A stretch of DNA of 64,000 nt from Amoebidium appalachense (taxonomy: Eukaryota > Protista > Ichthyosporea): positions 9,670,782-9,734,781 of the forward strand of contig CAVNZM010000003.1 in assembly GCA_963693365.1 (NCBI GenBank). Reading direction: 5' to 3'. Below, in pieces: positions 12,971-63,137 of this stretch. The notes beneath the pieces were generated by a model. That model made no database searches. It saw only the letters and a list, made by a program, of their open reading frames with translations, and was not told the DNA's origin. Position numbers and translations under genes: made by a program. Each line of letters opens with the position of its first letter. Position 1 is the stretch's first letter.

Positions 12971-13025
12971 CCCTTCTCTCCCCCACCATCACCAACACAT
13001 CATAATCAGTTCTCTACTACAGAGG

Positions 13026-38649
<25,624 letters not shown>

Positions 38650-38859
38650 AGTGACTAAGTTAGGCCCTGCTAATTCCTAACAGGGAAATATGCTGGCTAT
38701 GTATGTTATGTGTGGATGTACTATGGTGGCGATGATGATTAATGGAGTAACTTGGCCAGTATAAATAAGAGTCCCCTCACAGTTGGTAGAAACTTGTATC
38801 CTTCATCTTCCCTTACTTTCGCTCTCTCTCTCCTTGTCTCTCTTCTATCTCTCTCTCTC

Positions 38860-38908
<49 letters not shown>

Positions 38909-39563
38909 CCTTTTTTTTTCTTTTTTTTTTTTCTTTTGCCCAGCGCCGGCTGATGATTGATGCTGCGCCTGACCTGAACGCAAAAGCCGCAAAAAGGCTG
39001 ATAACCTACAAACGCTTACCGCATTTTCTCTATCTAAATATTTTTGAACAGTATAGACTATCGACTATGACGGAATGCTGTATAGACTACTTGAGTAATG
39101 CGGAGGGTTCGTTTTGCGCCAATGAAATAAAAGGGCGGCTCAGCACCACTATCCGTAAAATAAATCGAAAAATCACAGCCGTCCAACAATTATCTCTGCT
39201 TACATTTATTTTAGAATATCCACCAACCGCTCAGCTACAATGTTTGAACTATTTTATAATATAACCTAATTTCAGGCATATACATGTAGGAACACATGAC
39301 CGTGTAAACCAAAACCTAAAATTTATTCTTTATCTTCAACATACTAATACACACCAACTCTACTTGCATGATATTACTTCCTTAATTCAATACTGAGATA
39401 ACCCCTTCTGAAAAACATCTACACATCTTTTTGTGCTATATCTGCCATTTCAACATAACTATGTGTTTTTGCTTTTCCCACTTTGGTGAGGGTGTCTTTG
39501 ACTTGGGGAAAAGAGGGGTGGCATCATACCGTCCAACCAGGAAAGAAGAGGGAAAGTTTAAAG
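38650..39563. promoter_or_regulatory. Putative bidirectional promoter region between MIOS and the ankyrin gene, including a likely non-coding first exon ending at donor AAG|GTAGGT (39563/39564)
   Basis: Genes are divergent; the region is AT-rich and largely free of poly-G/C. The ankyrin ATG exon starts after a (CA)n-GAGCAG acceptor at 40444. Confidence 0.45.
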
Positions 39564-40254
39564 GTAGGTAATGACATTTTTTTGTTGTTTTTTTCTCTGG
39601 AGTTGTCATTGAATAAGTGTTTGAAAATGGCGTTTAATTAACGCATGGTATGCACCAACTTGGCTGGCCGGTTTGAACATGTAAAAGGAGTCGATTCTAG
39701 GCGACAAGAAAGGTTTTCTTCTTTTCCCCCACCCTCCCCGCCCCTGCTCTTTTCCTCGTGCGCCTACAAACGCACAACCACACATGCACACGTAGAAATG
39801 CACACGAACTCACACACACACACAGCGAGAAAGGAGGGAGATTACACACACACACACACACGTGTGTACACGCACACACACACACACCACACGGACACGC
39901 ACAGGCACAGGCACACGCACACGCCCACACACGCATACACCCAACAACTTTCTTGCCTTCTTAATCCCCTGTGCCTGCCTTTTAAATCCGAGAGTTCGTG
40001 TCTACATCACAACTGCACAAATGAGTCTGACACCAGCCAACACCCTCCCCTCCCCCCCCCCCTCCCCCCCTCCCCCTCCCCCCGCCCGCCCACCCGCCCC
40101 CCATGCTTCACTCACTTCCACACACGCACACCCTTGTACACCACACATATACAAACACACGTGTGATTGCGCGGAACGCACACATGCACAGACACACGGC
40201 ACGCACATGCACATACATAACACACGCGCGCACGCACGCACGCACGCACGCGCG

Positions 40255-40441
<187 letters not shown>

Positions 40442-40457
40442 CAGGTGTCTGTCCAGC

Positions 40458-41532
40458 ATGTCGCAGCCTTTGAGCAAGAAGGACGGGCAGGAGCCCAGCT
40501 TGGGCACCCAGTCGGAGGAATATTTCGACCGTGTTCGTGCCAGCCGTCGTGAGTCCACCAAGTTGCTTGACAAGGTGGCAAGTGAATTGGCAAACAAGCT
40601 CAATGTTGCTGGCCCCCCTGCCCCTTCAGTCTCTCCTGCTCATGTTGCCCCTGCAAATGAAGCGAAAACCCCGGTGAAACCAAAGCAACTCGAGAACATG
40701 GTGCGCGAAGGGAGCCCCAGGAACAACAACAGGAGCGTTTCTCCGGGCAATCATGGTAATTTTTCAGGTGGGAAGAGGTGGGATGACAGGGGGAGAGAGC
40801 ACCAACGCCCCCAGGGTTACAACGGCAATAACTGGAGGGATGGGAGCAAGGAATCTCCCCATCGTGGGCCGAAGCAGTGGAATGATGGGAACCGTGAGGG
40901 GAGGGGACAGGATAGGCTCGCCGGAAACTGGAGAGATCATTGCTCTCCCGTAGGGGACAACAGGGGTAACAGTTTTGGGTCCAATTCTCCAAGCAGGGAT
41001 CTTTACAACAACAACCATCACCATCAACATTCGCATGACAACCACCACCACCATTATTCACCCAATCGCCACAACAACAACAACAACCACAACCACAGCA
41101 ACAATTACAACCACCACCACCACCACGATCACGATCTCAAACCCCAAGCCAACCGCGGGCGTTCTCTCAGCCCTGGGAGAAGCGCGAGCGAGAAAGCGTT
41201 TGCAACATGCCGCAAATCCCTTGTTGATGGGGACCATCCAGAAGTGCTCAAAGCGTGTGTTTTATCTGGCGACATCAAGGATGTGGACGAGTTGGGGTTC
41301 CTGATCAACAGCCACAGCGATGGGCAGACGCTGCTGATGGTTTCGTGCAAATATGGGCGTGCTGGATGTGTGAAAATGCTGCTGGATGAGCTGCATGCCG
41401 ATGTACGTACACATATTCTGCGAACCCAGCATCGCCTTCCATGGCCTTTTTGCCTTGGTGTTTTTTTCTTGTTTTTTTTTTTTTTTTGTTTTGATTATTG
41501 TTCGCTTGGTTTTTTTTTTGGTTTTTTTTGTT

Positions 41533-41575
<43 letters not shown>

Positions 41576-42713
41576 CGGCAGTCATTTCCTGTCCACTCTC
41601 TAACTCACAACCTCACGTTGCATTGTTTTCTCTTACTCACTACCTCACAGACCCCCTCGACACTACTTAACAGACCCCCTCAACCCCTCAGACCCCCTGA
41701 ACTCATACACACACATTCACACATCTGCACACACACACACACACACACACACATCTACACACACACACGCACACACATACACCTCAACTGACAACTCTTT
41801 TTTTTTTTTTTTTTTTTAGCTGAACATGGCAGGTGGTCTGGGGATGTTCACGGCGCTGCACTATGCTTCGTGGCACGCACACCCTGACGTGGTGATGATG
41901 CTGCTGGAGAGGGGGGCAGACTGGACTGCAAAGAACATGGACGGGGAGACCCCCCAGATGGTGCGTGTGCTGTGTGTGCTGTTGTGTTGTTATTCTTGGC
42001 GTGTAGCTCTTGAACGTGTGTCGGTGGCTGTTGTGACGTGATGGTGTGTGCGTGGTTGTGGTGGGTGTGTAATTGGGGGGTGGGGATGTCTGTGTGTGTG
42101 GGTGGGTGGGTGGGTGGGTGAGTGGATGTGTGTGTGTGTGTGTGTGTGCGCGCGCGCGCGCGCGCGCGCCCCCCCGCTCGCACGTGAGCAAGAGGAAAGT
42201 GCCGGCGGCATCATGGAAGGGTGCAAATGGTTGAAGGGGAGTAGTGTTGGAGGGGTTACCGACCTACGGTTTCTAGGGGGTGTGGCAGGGAAGAAGGTCA
42301 GTGTTTGAGCATACATACCAGCTCAAACACATATTCATAAACGCATACACACATTCAACACATCCCACCTTTAGGAATGTATGTATATGTCTGTTTGGTT
42401 GTTTGTGCATGTGTGTCTACGCATTTGTACGTGTATGTGCGGCTCTAGCACGAGTGCTGCGGTTTAGTTATTGGCAAATTATCCAACTTACACTTTTCCC
42501 GTTTTTGCACCAGGCTGCACGTGGGGACTGTGGCCGTGTGCTTGCCGAGTGGGCAGCCAATCCAAAGTGTCCCATTGCACCCGTGCGCCATGCCTTCCAG
42601 CATCGTGCAAGATCACCCCACGTGTGTTTTCCTGTGTTGTTACACTGTGGTGCCGGTCTTTTTTTTTTTTTTTTTCCTTTTTTTTTTTTTTGCCCGTTTA
42701 GTGAGAGGCGGAA

Positions 42714-42744
<31 letters not shown>

Positions 42745-43144
42745 GGTTGATTCTTTTTTTTGGCCGGATCACCCATGAGACGTCAGCGACGTAATAAATG
42801 CAAGAAGGCACGAAAAACATGGGGGTTTTTTTTTTTGAGAGGGGGGGGGGGGGGGGGGGGGGGGGGGGCTGCTTATCTATCGTTGTATCTCTCCTCCCCA
42901 CCTCAGCACACAACGTCCCTGCACAGCGTACACGTGCGCACAAACACACACACATATACACACACATTTGTGCATGCTCACACACGGACACACACACACA
43001 TGCAAGCACACACATGTGCGCGCACAACTCGCACAAATCTTGCCTACGCAGAAACTGGCACACATGCACAGACACATACATGCATACTCACTTACACTCG
43101 AACAGGCGCGCGCGCACACACACACAAACACACACACGTTCACA

Positions 43145-43206
<62 letters not shown>

Positions 43207-43339
43207 CTACCCCCCTCCCCCTCGACGCACACACATCCACCCCCCCACACACACACCTCCCCCTCCCCCTCCCCCTCCCCCTCCCACACGCACATACATA
43301 CACCCACCCACCCACCCACCCACCCACCCCACACGCACG

Positions 43340-43416
<77 letters not shown>

Positions 43417-43625
43417 ACACTAACTCACACATACACACATTACAGGAGGCACCACACTCCCCCAAGTCCCCCACGACCAAGACACACGGGTTCACGGGTC
43501 TTCTTGGCCACAACAGCCCGGCCCGTAGCATAAACCAACCCCCGGCACACCGCCCTGCCCCCCAGCCTGCTATGGTGCAGGTGAATGTGAAGAGTGCAAG
43601 TGGGTTTTTGACTACGCAGGAGTAG
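40458..43625 (+). CDS. Ankyrin-repeat protein with a long disordered N/H/G/R/S-rich N-terminus (about 445-460 aa)
   Basis: Exons 40458-41402, 41820-41960, 42514-42582 (or -42621), 43446-43625, all phase 0. Ankyrin motifs DGQTLLMVSCKYGRAGCVKMLL..ADLN and FTALHYASWHAHPDVVMMLLERGADWTAKNMDGETP. Confidence 0.85.
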
Positions 43626-45239
43626 AAAGGAGTAGTTGGGTGGCTTATTTGGTGCATTTTGTAGGCGGAGGAAGTTATTGGGTACATATCTTGATGTATC
43701 ACAGACTTTCCCTCAAAGGTTGAAACCTATTGTAAGTGTGACAAGGAGGATAGTGAGGGGTGTGTCCTAGAGACGGATTTACTAAGTGTGGCTCCACGGT
43801 GCTTTGTGTCAGTTAATTGCTCACTCAGATGCAAGTGGTGTTTATCTGACCACCGATCTGTATATTTACTTCAAGTAGCATTTTTTTTTATGACAAAAAA
43901 CTAATAATGCTTCCTCTTTCCCCTTCTGTATCCCTATGTACATCCATACTGGGTGAGAAACACAAGGCGCACTTAATCCTTTTTGCAATAATATGCATAG
44001 CCACGGGTATGTGATTACTAGGGACTTATGGTTTTTATACTATCAATTTTTCCGCCGGCTGGCAATGCCATGTGATATAACAGGAAATTTGGCTGGATTC
44101 TGTGTTGTCACATATATGCCGGCGGCGCTATATATAGACCGATCATGATAATCAGTAGTCCTGCTTTTAGCTCACCGAGTTGCCATGTTTTCGGCCACAG
44201 TTATATTTTTAGTTTGTTCAGGCGGGTATTGAAATACCAAGTCTCCAACTTCTGTTGTCGGTTTTGTACGCCATTTGTGAAGACTTTTTCTCTGGTGCCG
44301 GCACGTGAGATATTCTGCAAATAAATAAAGGTTGTGCGGAATGCTTTACAGCAACCGTTGGTGTTTGGTTGGTTATGCCATGCCTATGTTTGCTTCTATT
44401 CCATATAGGAAGGCGACTATGTAGCTACAGCAATGGATATCTACCCACACGCCTGCAACCCCCCCCCCATCCACCCACCCACCCACGGCCCACCCAACCA
44501 CCACCACCACCACCACCACCAAAAAGAGAGAGAGAGGAGAGAGAGAAGAAGAAGAAGAAAAATTCGTACATCGCGCACACGCATACGTACACGCACATGC
44601 ACTTGCACACACATACACATGCACACGCACACACGCACACACACACACAAAGTAGACACAACCACCCGGGTTCCGGGTCGGTAACATTAACCCGCACAGC
44701 CTTATTATAAGCAACACAAACAACCATACCCCGTCGACTGGTGTAAATGTTGCACTTTCCCCTCACACACCCCACCCCCAACTCTTTCAAGTTGCATGAT
44801 ATCGATGCTTCTAAACACACACACACACACGTAAACCTAGTTCTCCCTCTCTCTCCCCTTTTCCCTCTCCACCCCCTCCCCCTCCCCCTCTCCCTTACGC
44901 TCCCATAACTCCTCTACTCCTGCTCCCTTTCCCTGCGGTCCCCTCTCTCCCTCCTCCTCCTTCTCCCCCCCCCCCCCCCCCCCCCCCCAGCACGCAGGCA
45001 ACACCACTCCCCCCCCCCCTCCCCCTCCCCCCTCCCCCCCTCCCCCGCCCCTACATTTCCATTCCCCCCCCCTCCCCCCCCCCCCAAAGTTTCCCCCCAA
45101 CAGGTCTTCCCCCTACTAAATAAAATTGCGTGCCCCACCATTCAATATGCATAATACTACTAGCACATATGCAAGTATGGTACTGTCCTGAGACGATTCA
45201 GCACAGCCACCAACTAGCACGCATGTTGCTGATCATTCT

Positions 45240-45357
<118 letters not shown>

Positions 45358-45404
45358 AGGCTCCCCCCCCCCCCTCCCCCCCTCCCCCCCGCCCCCCTCC
45401 CCCC

Positions 45405-45438
<34 letters not shown>

Positions 45439-45480
45439 TTTATTTTTTCTTTTTCTTTTTTTTCTTTTTTATACATACAG

Positions 45481-45663
45481 CGGCTCACTGCAAATATGGC
45501 GACTGGAGCCAGTGGAGCAGCTGTGCCGTGAAACTATTGGAGCCAGACGGCACGACATGCCTCAACCCAAGTGCAACACGTACCCGCACCGCCACCCAAC
45601 CACAATTGGGCTTGGGCGGACATCCGTGCATACAGCCAATAAAGGAATCCGCTTGCTCTTGTG
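45481..45663 (+). CDS. Internal exon encoding a thrombospondin type-1 (TSP1/spondin-like) repeat; gene boundaries unresolved
   Basis: atacag| ... |gtatgc, phase 1-1: AAHCKYGDWSQWSSCAVKLLEPDGTTCLNPSATRTRTATQPQLGLGGHPCIQPIKESACSC. It has WSxWS, RxR, GGxPC and six Cys. Confidence 0.7.
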
Positions 45664-45948
45664 GTATGCGCATTCATGCATTTGCATGGCATGACATCCC
45701 TCTTGCTCCTTTCTATTTCGCAGTTCCCCACAGGCAAATTTAAATGGGTTTGTTATAGTATGATGGACACAGGACAGTGCACACACGACAGAACTAAGTA
45801 TTGCTTACTAAGATGGAATCTGATAGAAATTTTGCTCACAATAGATTTGCACTCAGTCTGCATGTACGTACATGTGTAGCCGGCGGCTCCCATCATTTGC
45901 AATGTTTTGTGTATCTCACACGGAAACCGCCGTTTTTCCCACGTGCAG

Positions 45949-46275
45949 CTTGTGCCTTGCATCGTGAGGGGCCACCGGCAAAATTCGTGGGTCCCCCAGA
46001 CATACTTCAACCTTTGCACCGTCGTCAAAAACCAAGACAACATGTACACCGTGCTGACAGACCTTTGCAATCAGTACGGTGGGGCCAAGGTTGTGAGCGC
46101 AAACCAGACGTATGTCAAAAACACATCAAGTGAAAAGAGGGTGCTTCAAGAGTGGTTTAACGATCTGACGGCCGGTGGGGCATCCTTGACCCAGCATCGC
46201 TGTCTGACTACGCTGTCGTGGGTGTTGAACGGAGACACGACGTCAGACCCGTACGATGTTCAGTGTGTCACATGA
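45949..46275 (+). CDS. Probable terminal exon of the TSP1-domain gene (Cys-containing, unknown function)
   Basis: Open frame with C/G-ending codon bias ending ..DPYDVQCVT*; the acceptor candidate is gtgcag at 45948. I could not find a phase-consistent link to the TSP1 exon. Confidence 0.4.
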   Translation, partial: LVPCIVRGHRQNSWVPQTYFNLCTVVKNQDNMYTVLTDLCNQYGGAKVVSANQTYVKNTSSEKRVLQEWFNDLTAGGASLTQHRCLTTLSWVLNGDTTSDPYDVQCVT

Positions 46276-47226
46276 GGCCCAAAACTTTTGAGCCCACCTG
46301 CTCACGATCGACTGGGGGGGGAAACATGTTGTGTTACCTGTCGTAGTGGGCCGTATATATGTGAGAATTCCAGACAGAAAATACATTAGATTTTGGGGGG
46401 AGCGTGCAAAGGAAGGTCAACATGAGCAGTTAGGCATCATGATGATGCGAATATATTGTGGGCACCGTTGAATTGTAAATATATAAAATCGGCCGGAATA
46501 CAACTGGAATCTATCAACAGTACTAAAATACATTGAAAGTGCATGTAGACAATAGCAGCATGCACAGGGCAGAAGAGTTAAATCCTTCCCACGAATACAA
46601 TACTGGTTAAAGCAGCATTTAAAAAATTAAAGCATACGTTTCCCATAGTCACTATGGTTACTCAGTAGTAGCCTATATATAGATGTAATACTCGTTGAAA
46701 AATAAAACGACAACAAACCAAGTAGGGTGATCTTGATACTGGTTCAAAGGTATTATATACATATAATTGGCCTGTGATACATAATGAGAGTGAGACTGTT
46801 CTATTTATGCCGGTACGAACACAAGCAAGCCTAACGGTAAAGTGAATAAAACTTTTTTTAGAAAAAGAATAAAAAATAAATAACCTGGCCGGAAAGCCGC
46901 AATATTGAAAATGATTTGGTTTAGTTCAGATGGTACGTCACTGAGTTTTTAGGTATGAGAGTAGGGGGGTATCTATATGCTCTCCTATAATACACTCTAT
47001 ATAGATATCGTGCAGCCTTCGGAAGTGTATCAATACGCGAATCATTATAGTATCAATAAGATGGTGTATTAATACGTGAGGCACCCTGTTTTGGCATATA
47101 TATCCGCTACTCGTCAGGTACATACGTATCAAGTAGCGGATGTTTTAAACCTCGACGTAATGTGGGTCGATTTTGGTCATCATGGTAATCATCAGTCGAG
47201 CTATAGCTAACTGTTCGGTGGCTCAT

Positions 47227-47257
<31 letters not shown>

Positions 47258-47716
47258 ATCTAAGCGGTAATGAACTAAACACTTATGAAGTAGACTTTCT
47301 GTTTATGATGTACTGGCCACATTTTTTAGAAAAAAAGGAAACCATTGGTTCCGACACTAGGGGATTGTCGTTGAACCCCGGTGTAACCGGCTTTTAAATT
47401 TGGACTCGAAACCTATTCCTAATACTTATCCCCCCCCCCCCCCCTCCCCCCCCCCCCCCCCCCCCTCCTCTCCCCCAGCCTGCCCGGTTCAGGAGGTTTT
47501 GTACCAAATGATTTTCGCCTTCCGAGAATCCCCCCCCCCCCCCCCCCCCCCCCCCACCTCCGGCCCCCTCCCCCCTTCCCCCCTTCTCCTGGGCCACAGC
47601 AAGGTTTTGTACCGAATCGTCTTTTTGCCGGGCCGAGTAATCAGCCTCCCCCCTCCCCCCTCTCCCCCATCCCTCCTCCCACCCCCCCACAGTCCCCCCC
47701 CCCCCCCCCCCCCCCT

Positions 47717-47750
<34 letters not shown>

Positions 47751-48420
47751 CACGTCACAGGAGGTTTTGCACCAAATGATTTTGCGCTGAAAGACTCCCA
47801 TATAGTTATTTGGTTTGAGATATGCGTCTACTGGCAGGGTTGACTTGGTTTTTGTTAAAGGGCTTAGATGTTGTTTTGTTCCGTGACTAAATTGCATAGA
47901 TGTGGGTGTTAGCGTGCCATTGGGCACACAGAGTCACATGCATCAACTGGCTGGTTATTCGTACAAGCATAACATTGTCAAGTATGCAAGCACGCGCGAC
48001 GCACACACACACACACTCACATGCACCGTGATACGCACACAACAAAAAAGAAGGCACGCACGCACACACGCACCCACGCTCCCGCGCAAGCACACACGCA
48101 GACACACATCCACACACACACACACACACGCATGCCTGCACGCGCACACGCACACATCCGCACAAACGCGCACGCATATGTATGCGCACACACCGGCACA
48201 TTCAATGTGATACGCACGTGCACATACACACACACACACTCCAGGCACGCATGCCAGTATGCACACATGCACACAATGCACACCCACCACACACATGCAT
48301 ACACACACACAACCCCCGCCCTCCCCCTCCCCCTCTCCCCCCACCTCCCTCCTCCACCACCACCCACCATCCTCCCTCTCCTGCCCTTCCAAATCTCCAA
48401 TCCTCCTTTCCCCAACCCAC

Positions 48421-48451
<31 letters not shown>

Positions 48452-49266
48452 TTTCCGGTTCAATTTCTATTAAGGACAAATTCAGCACCTGGTCCAGTGC
48501 CTTTTAGTGGGTACCAGCTGCAGCCTCAGGAGACCAATATCCTTCTTCCTTATGAACCAACGATGGACTAAATAATTTACAAACATAGGGGGGCTTGTGA
48601 TATGAATTCAAGAACTGGGGGAGGGGGTCCGGTTACGAAATTTGCCTTGTCGGGTGAGAGGGGCTGTTAAACGGTGGGGCTGTGGAGTTGGAGGTGGTGG
48701 TATTACATGTGATATTGGTTTGCAGTCTACTTTTCGGTGTGTGTCTGCATTTGGGCCTTTTTTTGGGGGGGGGGGGGGAGGGGGGGGAGGGGGGGAGACA
48801 AGCCAGCAAAATACACAAAAAAGGGGAAGGGTGGAAGGAGGGGGGGGGGGGGGGGGGGGGGGGGGGAGGGGGAAGGGGGGAGGGAGGGGGGTTGTGCTAG
48901 GTGCTATGACTCGGTTCTTCCTACGGGCGGTGGCTCTGGGTTTGTGTATTTTTGTGCTTGTGTTTTGTGTGGGGGTCTTTGTGTCAGTGATCTGCATGTA
49001 GGTTTCCATATCATGATATATACTCGAAGAAAAACTCAGATATGCAGTAACAGAGATCAGCGAATGGCCAATAGGGTGTCTCGGGCGTGCAGGTGGTGGT
49101 CCAGTACGGGTGGGAGGGGGCCCACCCAGTGGCACCCACTTTTCCCCTTCTGTGGTTTTCGATCTCCTTGCTCACTCGATTACCTAACCCCCCCCACCCC
49201 CTCCCCCTCCCTCCTCCCCCCCCCCCCCCCTCCATCCCTCCCCCCCCCCCCCCCTGTGGGGACGCG

Positions 49267-49329
<63 letters not shown>

Positions 49330-49371
49330 GTACATACACACGCACACACACACCCACACTGTGACACACCG

Positions 49372-49516
<145 letters not shown>

Positions 49517-51430
49517 GTTTACACACTTGAGATTCAACCTCTGTCATACACAAACAATGAGAGTCAGGGCTTGCACGTGCACAAAGTTGCGGCATGATGC
49601 ATGCCATGTTGGTGCATGCACGTTGTCCATTCATTTTCATTCTTCACATCACACCGGACCATTGATCATTCATGATCCATTCATCTTGCAGCTTGCCGTT
49701 TCCATGTCCACCGGTTGGAGGCCGGTGGTGGTGGTTATGGTTGGGGGCCGGAGGGGGGGAGCGGGGGCTGGGCAGTGCACTTGGGCACTCTACACTCTGT
49801 AGACCTGTTGGCCCGAGTTGGGAGGGCGTCGGACGGACTCACCTGCGCACGACCCCCCCCCTCAGGCCCCCTGGGTTAAGTGATGCGTTCCGGGCCAGTA
49901 ATAACAGATCTAGGGCTGGCGATAGACTTTGTAAACCAATCAAAATGATGTCTCCCTCGACTCGTTTTTTCTGTGTAGCTGGATGGGGGTTGCACAATTA
50001 CGTAATCACTCCTGAAGACGAAGTAACTCGCAGCCAACATCAATTAGAGATTATTGCGAGTATTCTTTTTTTTAAGGAATGAGGAAATCTAAAAATAAGA
50101 TTGGAAACCTGAGAACCGTCCAAAAATGGACTGCAAGAAGCCCATACCCTTTTTTGAAATTTCACCGGCAGATCCGAAAATTTCCATACAGCCCGTGGTG
50201 TTTTTGTTGCGCACGACCCCTTCCCTTCCCCCGTCCGCGCACGCGGGGCTGGCCCGCTGGCGCTGGGCCGCTGCTGTGCTGTGCTCGAGCCTGAGCTCGA
50301 GTGCGCACTTTCCCAGGCTCAAGGTTGAATACAAATTGTATGAATATTACACAACATGGCGCATTTGAAATTAGCTATGCACCAAAGCAACGCCGATATT
50401 TCGACAACATTGACAACTGTATCATTCAATAACGCTTTTTTCACGTCACGTGCAACCCCGTTGACTTGTGTTGAGTCATGGCGGCTGACACACTGAGAGC
50501 CAATAACGATCCTGGATCTAGATTGATGTCGTTGTTTATTTTTAGGATTCAATCGAAATGCACGATCTACATATCTCTGATCTCAGGAGCCTAAGGCCTT
50601 GGGCTTCAATTCTCCTAGAGCAAGGCATTTTGGCTTATCAAGATTCCAGGTTACAGAGCGAAATATTCCAAGTAGCATTTGTTTCCTGATATAGTACTAC
50701 CACCTTTATATTTCTTTATATATTTATTAAAATACAATGATAATAATTAATATAAATGGTGCTTAATGTTCCATTGAGCCATATGAGACACCCAACTCCA
50801 TATGCGATTACTTGCGAGCCAATAATTCTCTTGCACCTACTTATGCGCCCCGAAGAACGTGTTTGGGGGATCTTCTGAGCGAGCCGAGCCTCGCCCGAGT
50901 AAAACGTCTCGGGTAGGAAATGTTGAATCATAAACTGGATTCTTTCGGTAATATTTCAGTAAGTTTTGCAATATAGGGTGGCTCTAAATCACTGGCAGAC
51001 GGCTCTTAGGGGTGTTTTTTAAAATATACAATTATTCTGGGAAGCCGTTCTCTCTGGTTGGCGCGTATTTATGGCCCTGAGACCTTTTGCCGCCTTGGAC
51101 GTCGACCTTGCAAAGCCGCACACTTCTTTCTGATCAGCAAGTCAGAACCGTCGGAACTTGGAAGGAACAACACAACTCATAAAGCACCCGTCGGAAGAAT
51201 CAAGGGAAGAACCTGTAAAAGTTGGTTTGGAAAACAGAACACGGAATTCTGGAATATAGTGCGTGTTCATGGATGCATAAAGGCTTATTTCTTTCTCTCA
51301 TCCCTGTTTCTTTTCGTGTGTGACAACGGAGTTTGTACACATTGTCAGTTTCGTCCGAGTATTACTAAGAACTTTACAATAGGTGCCACTGAGAACTGCC
51401 AACCAGCCAGAGCGTTAAGAAGTCGTCAAA

Positions 51431-61893
<10,463 letters not shown>

Positions 61894-62390
61894 GGGGTAA
61901 TGTGTGTGGGTCGGGAGGTTTTGTGGGGGTTTTGTGGATGGGGTTTTGGCAATGTATATAGTGACTTTTGTTTGTTATCTGTAACTAATATGCCTACAGC
62001 GGCTTTGTAGTTGGCTGGCTGAAATAGAAAGTAAGAGAAAGCTGGCTGGGAATGTTTGAAAAGCGATGTGCGAATACGAGTTTTGGAAAGAGTATGGAAT
62101 AGGTGAAGGGCAACATGTACCCTTAGCACATGCATCATGAAAAAAAAGCAGGAATTGATTTGGGCATGTGAGAGATAGTCAGTTTTGTACACGCCTTTTT
62201 AGCAATGATCGTCGTTAGAGAACACACTTGCCGGCTTCAGGTCGTGCATTCCTATCACGCGTGTGTCTGCAAAAAAGAAAAACGCCAATTTCTTTTCATA
62301 CTTAGCATTAGGTTTAGATTTTTTGGGGGGAGGGGGGGCGGGGGGGGGGCTCCATTCCAATGAGCACAGTGCTTGCCATTGACAGAGAGA

Positions 62391-63080
62391 CCTAGGCTAT
62401 GCCGGGCGCTGGCTCAGGATATTGTGTTTGACCATGTCCAAACATCTCTTTCAAACCATGATATGTATCCATTGAGCACAGATCCCCCCCCCCCCCCCCC
62501 CCCCTCTTCCCCCCTTTCCCCTATCCCTACAATTTCCAGTCCCGAACACATGGCCCCCCCTCCCCCCGAGTGGCTGAGATGTACCAATAGCCAACACAAG
62601 TGCTAAGCACATAGACTAGCACGCACATGCACAAACACTTACAAAGATCCTTAACGCCTATCCCCTACTAATAGCCCACCACCATCATCTAGCACACAAC
62701 CCAGTGGTCGCAGACGTGGCTAATGCCCCTACTGCCTCCATTTACTGCCTCCCCTCCGGGACCCACTCCCCCCCCCCCCCCCCCCCTTCCCCCCTCAAAC
62801 CCCCCCCCCCCCCCCCCCTCCCCCTCCCGGTCCCCATGTGTCCCAAGTTCCCACAATCACACCAGCAAAAATGACAGCATGTTTTCCCGTTGGCTGGTTT
62901 CCAGATCCTTTGGGTGACCTGCCCCCATAAACACAGTCTGCTGCTTCAATGCAGCAGAGGCTTAATGCCAGGGCTCTCGAAGCCGAACGGTTGCCCTTTT
63001 TTCTTGCTGAATACAGTATATAGGAAATACACCTGCGTCCCCACTCCCATTTTTTCTAGCTGTTCCCGGGCCCACTCCCA

Positions 63081-63137
<57 letters not shown>

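Noticed and set aside
38752-39264. 170-aa plus-strand ORF
   Set aside because: It has a non-ATG start, includes a (CT)n tract, has no recognisable motif, and lies in the presumed promoter region.
47102-47141. 10-bp inverted repeat ATCCGCTACT..AGTAGCGGAT
   Set aside because: Isolated short hairpin with no context supporting a function.
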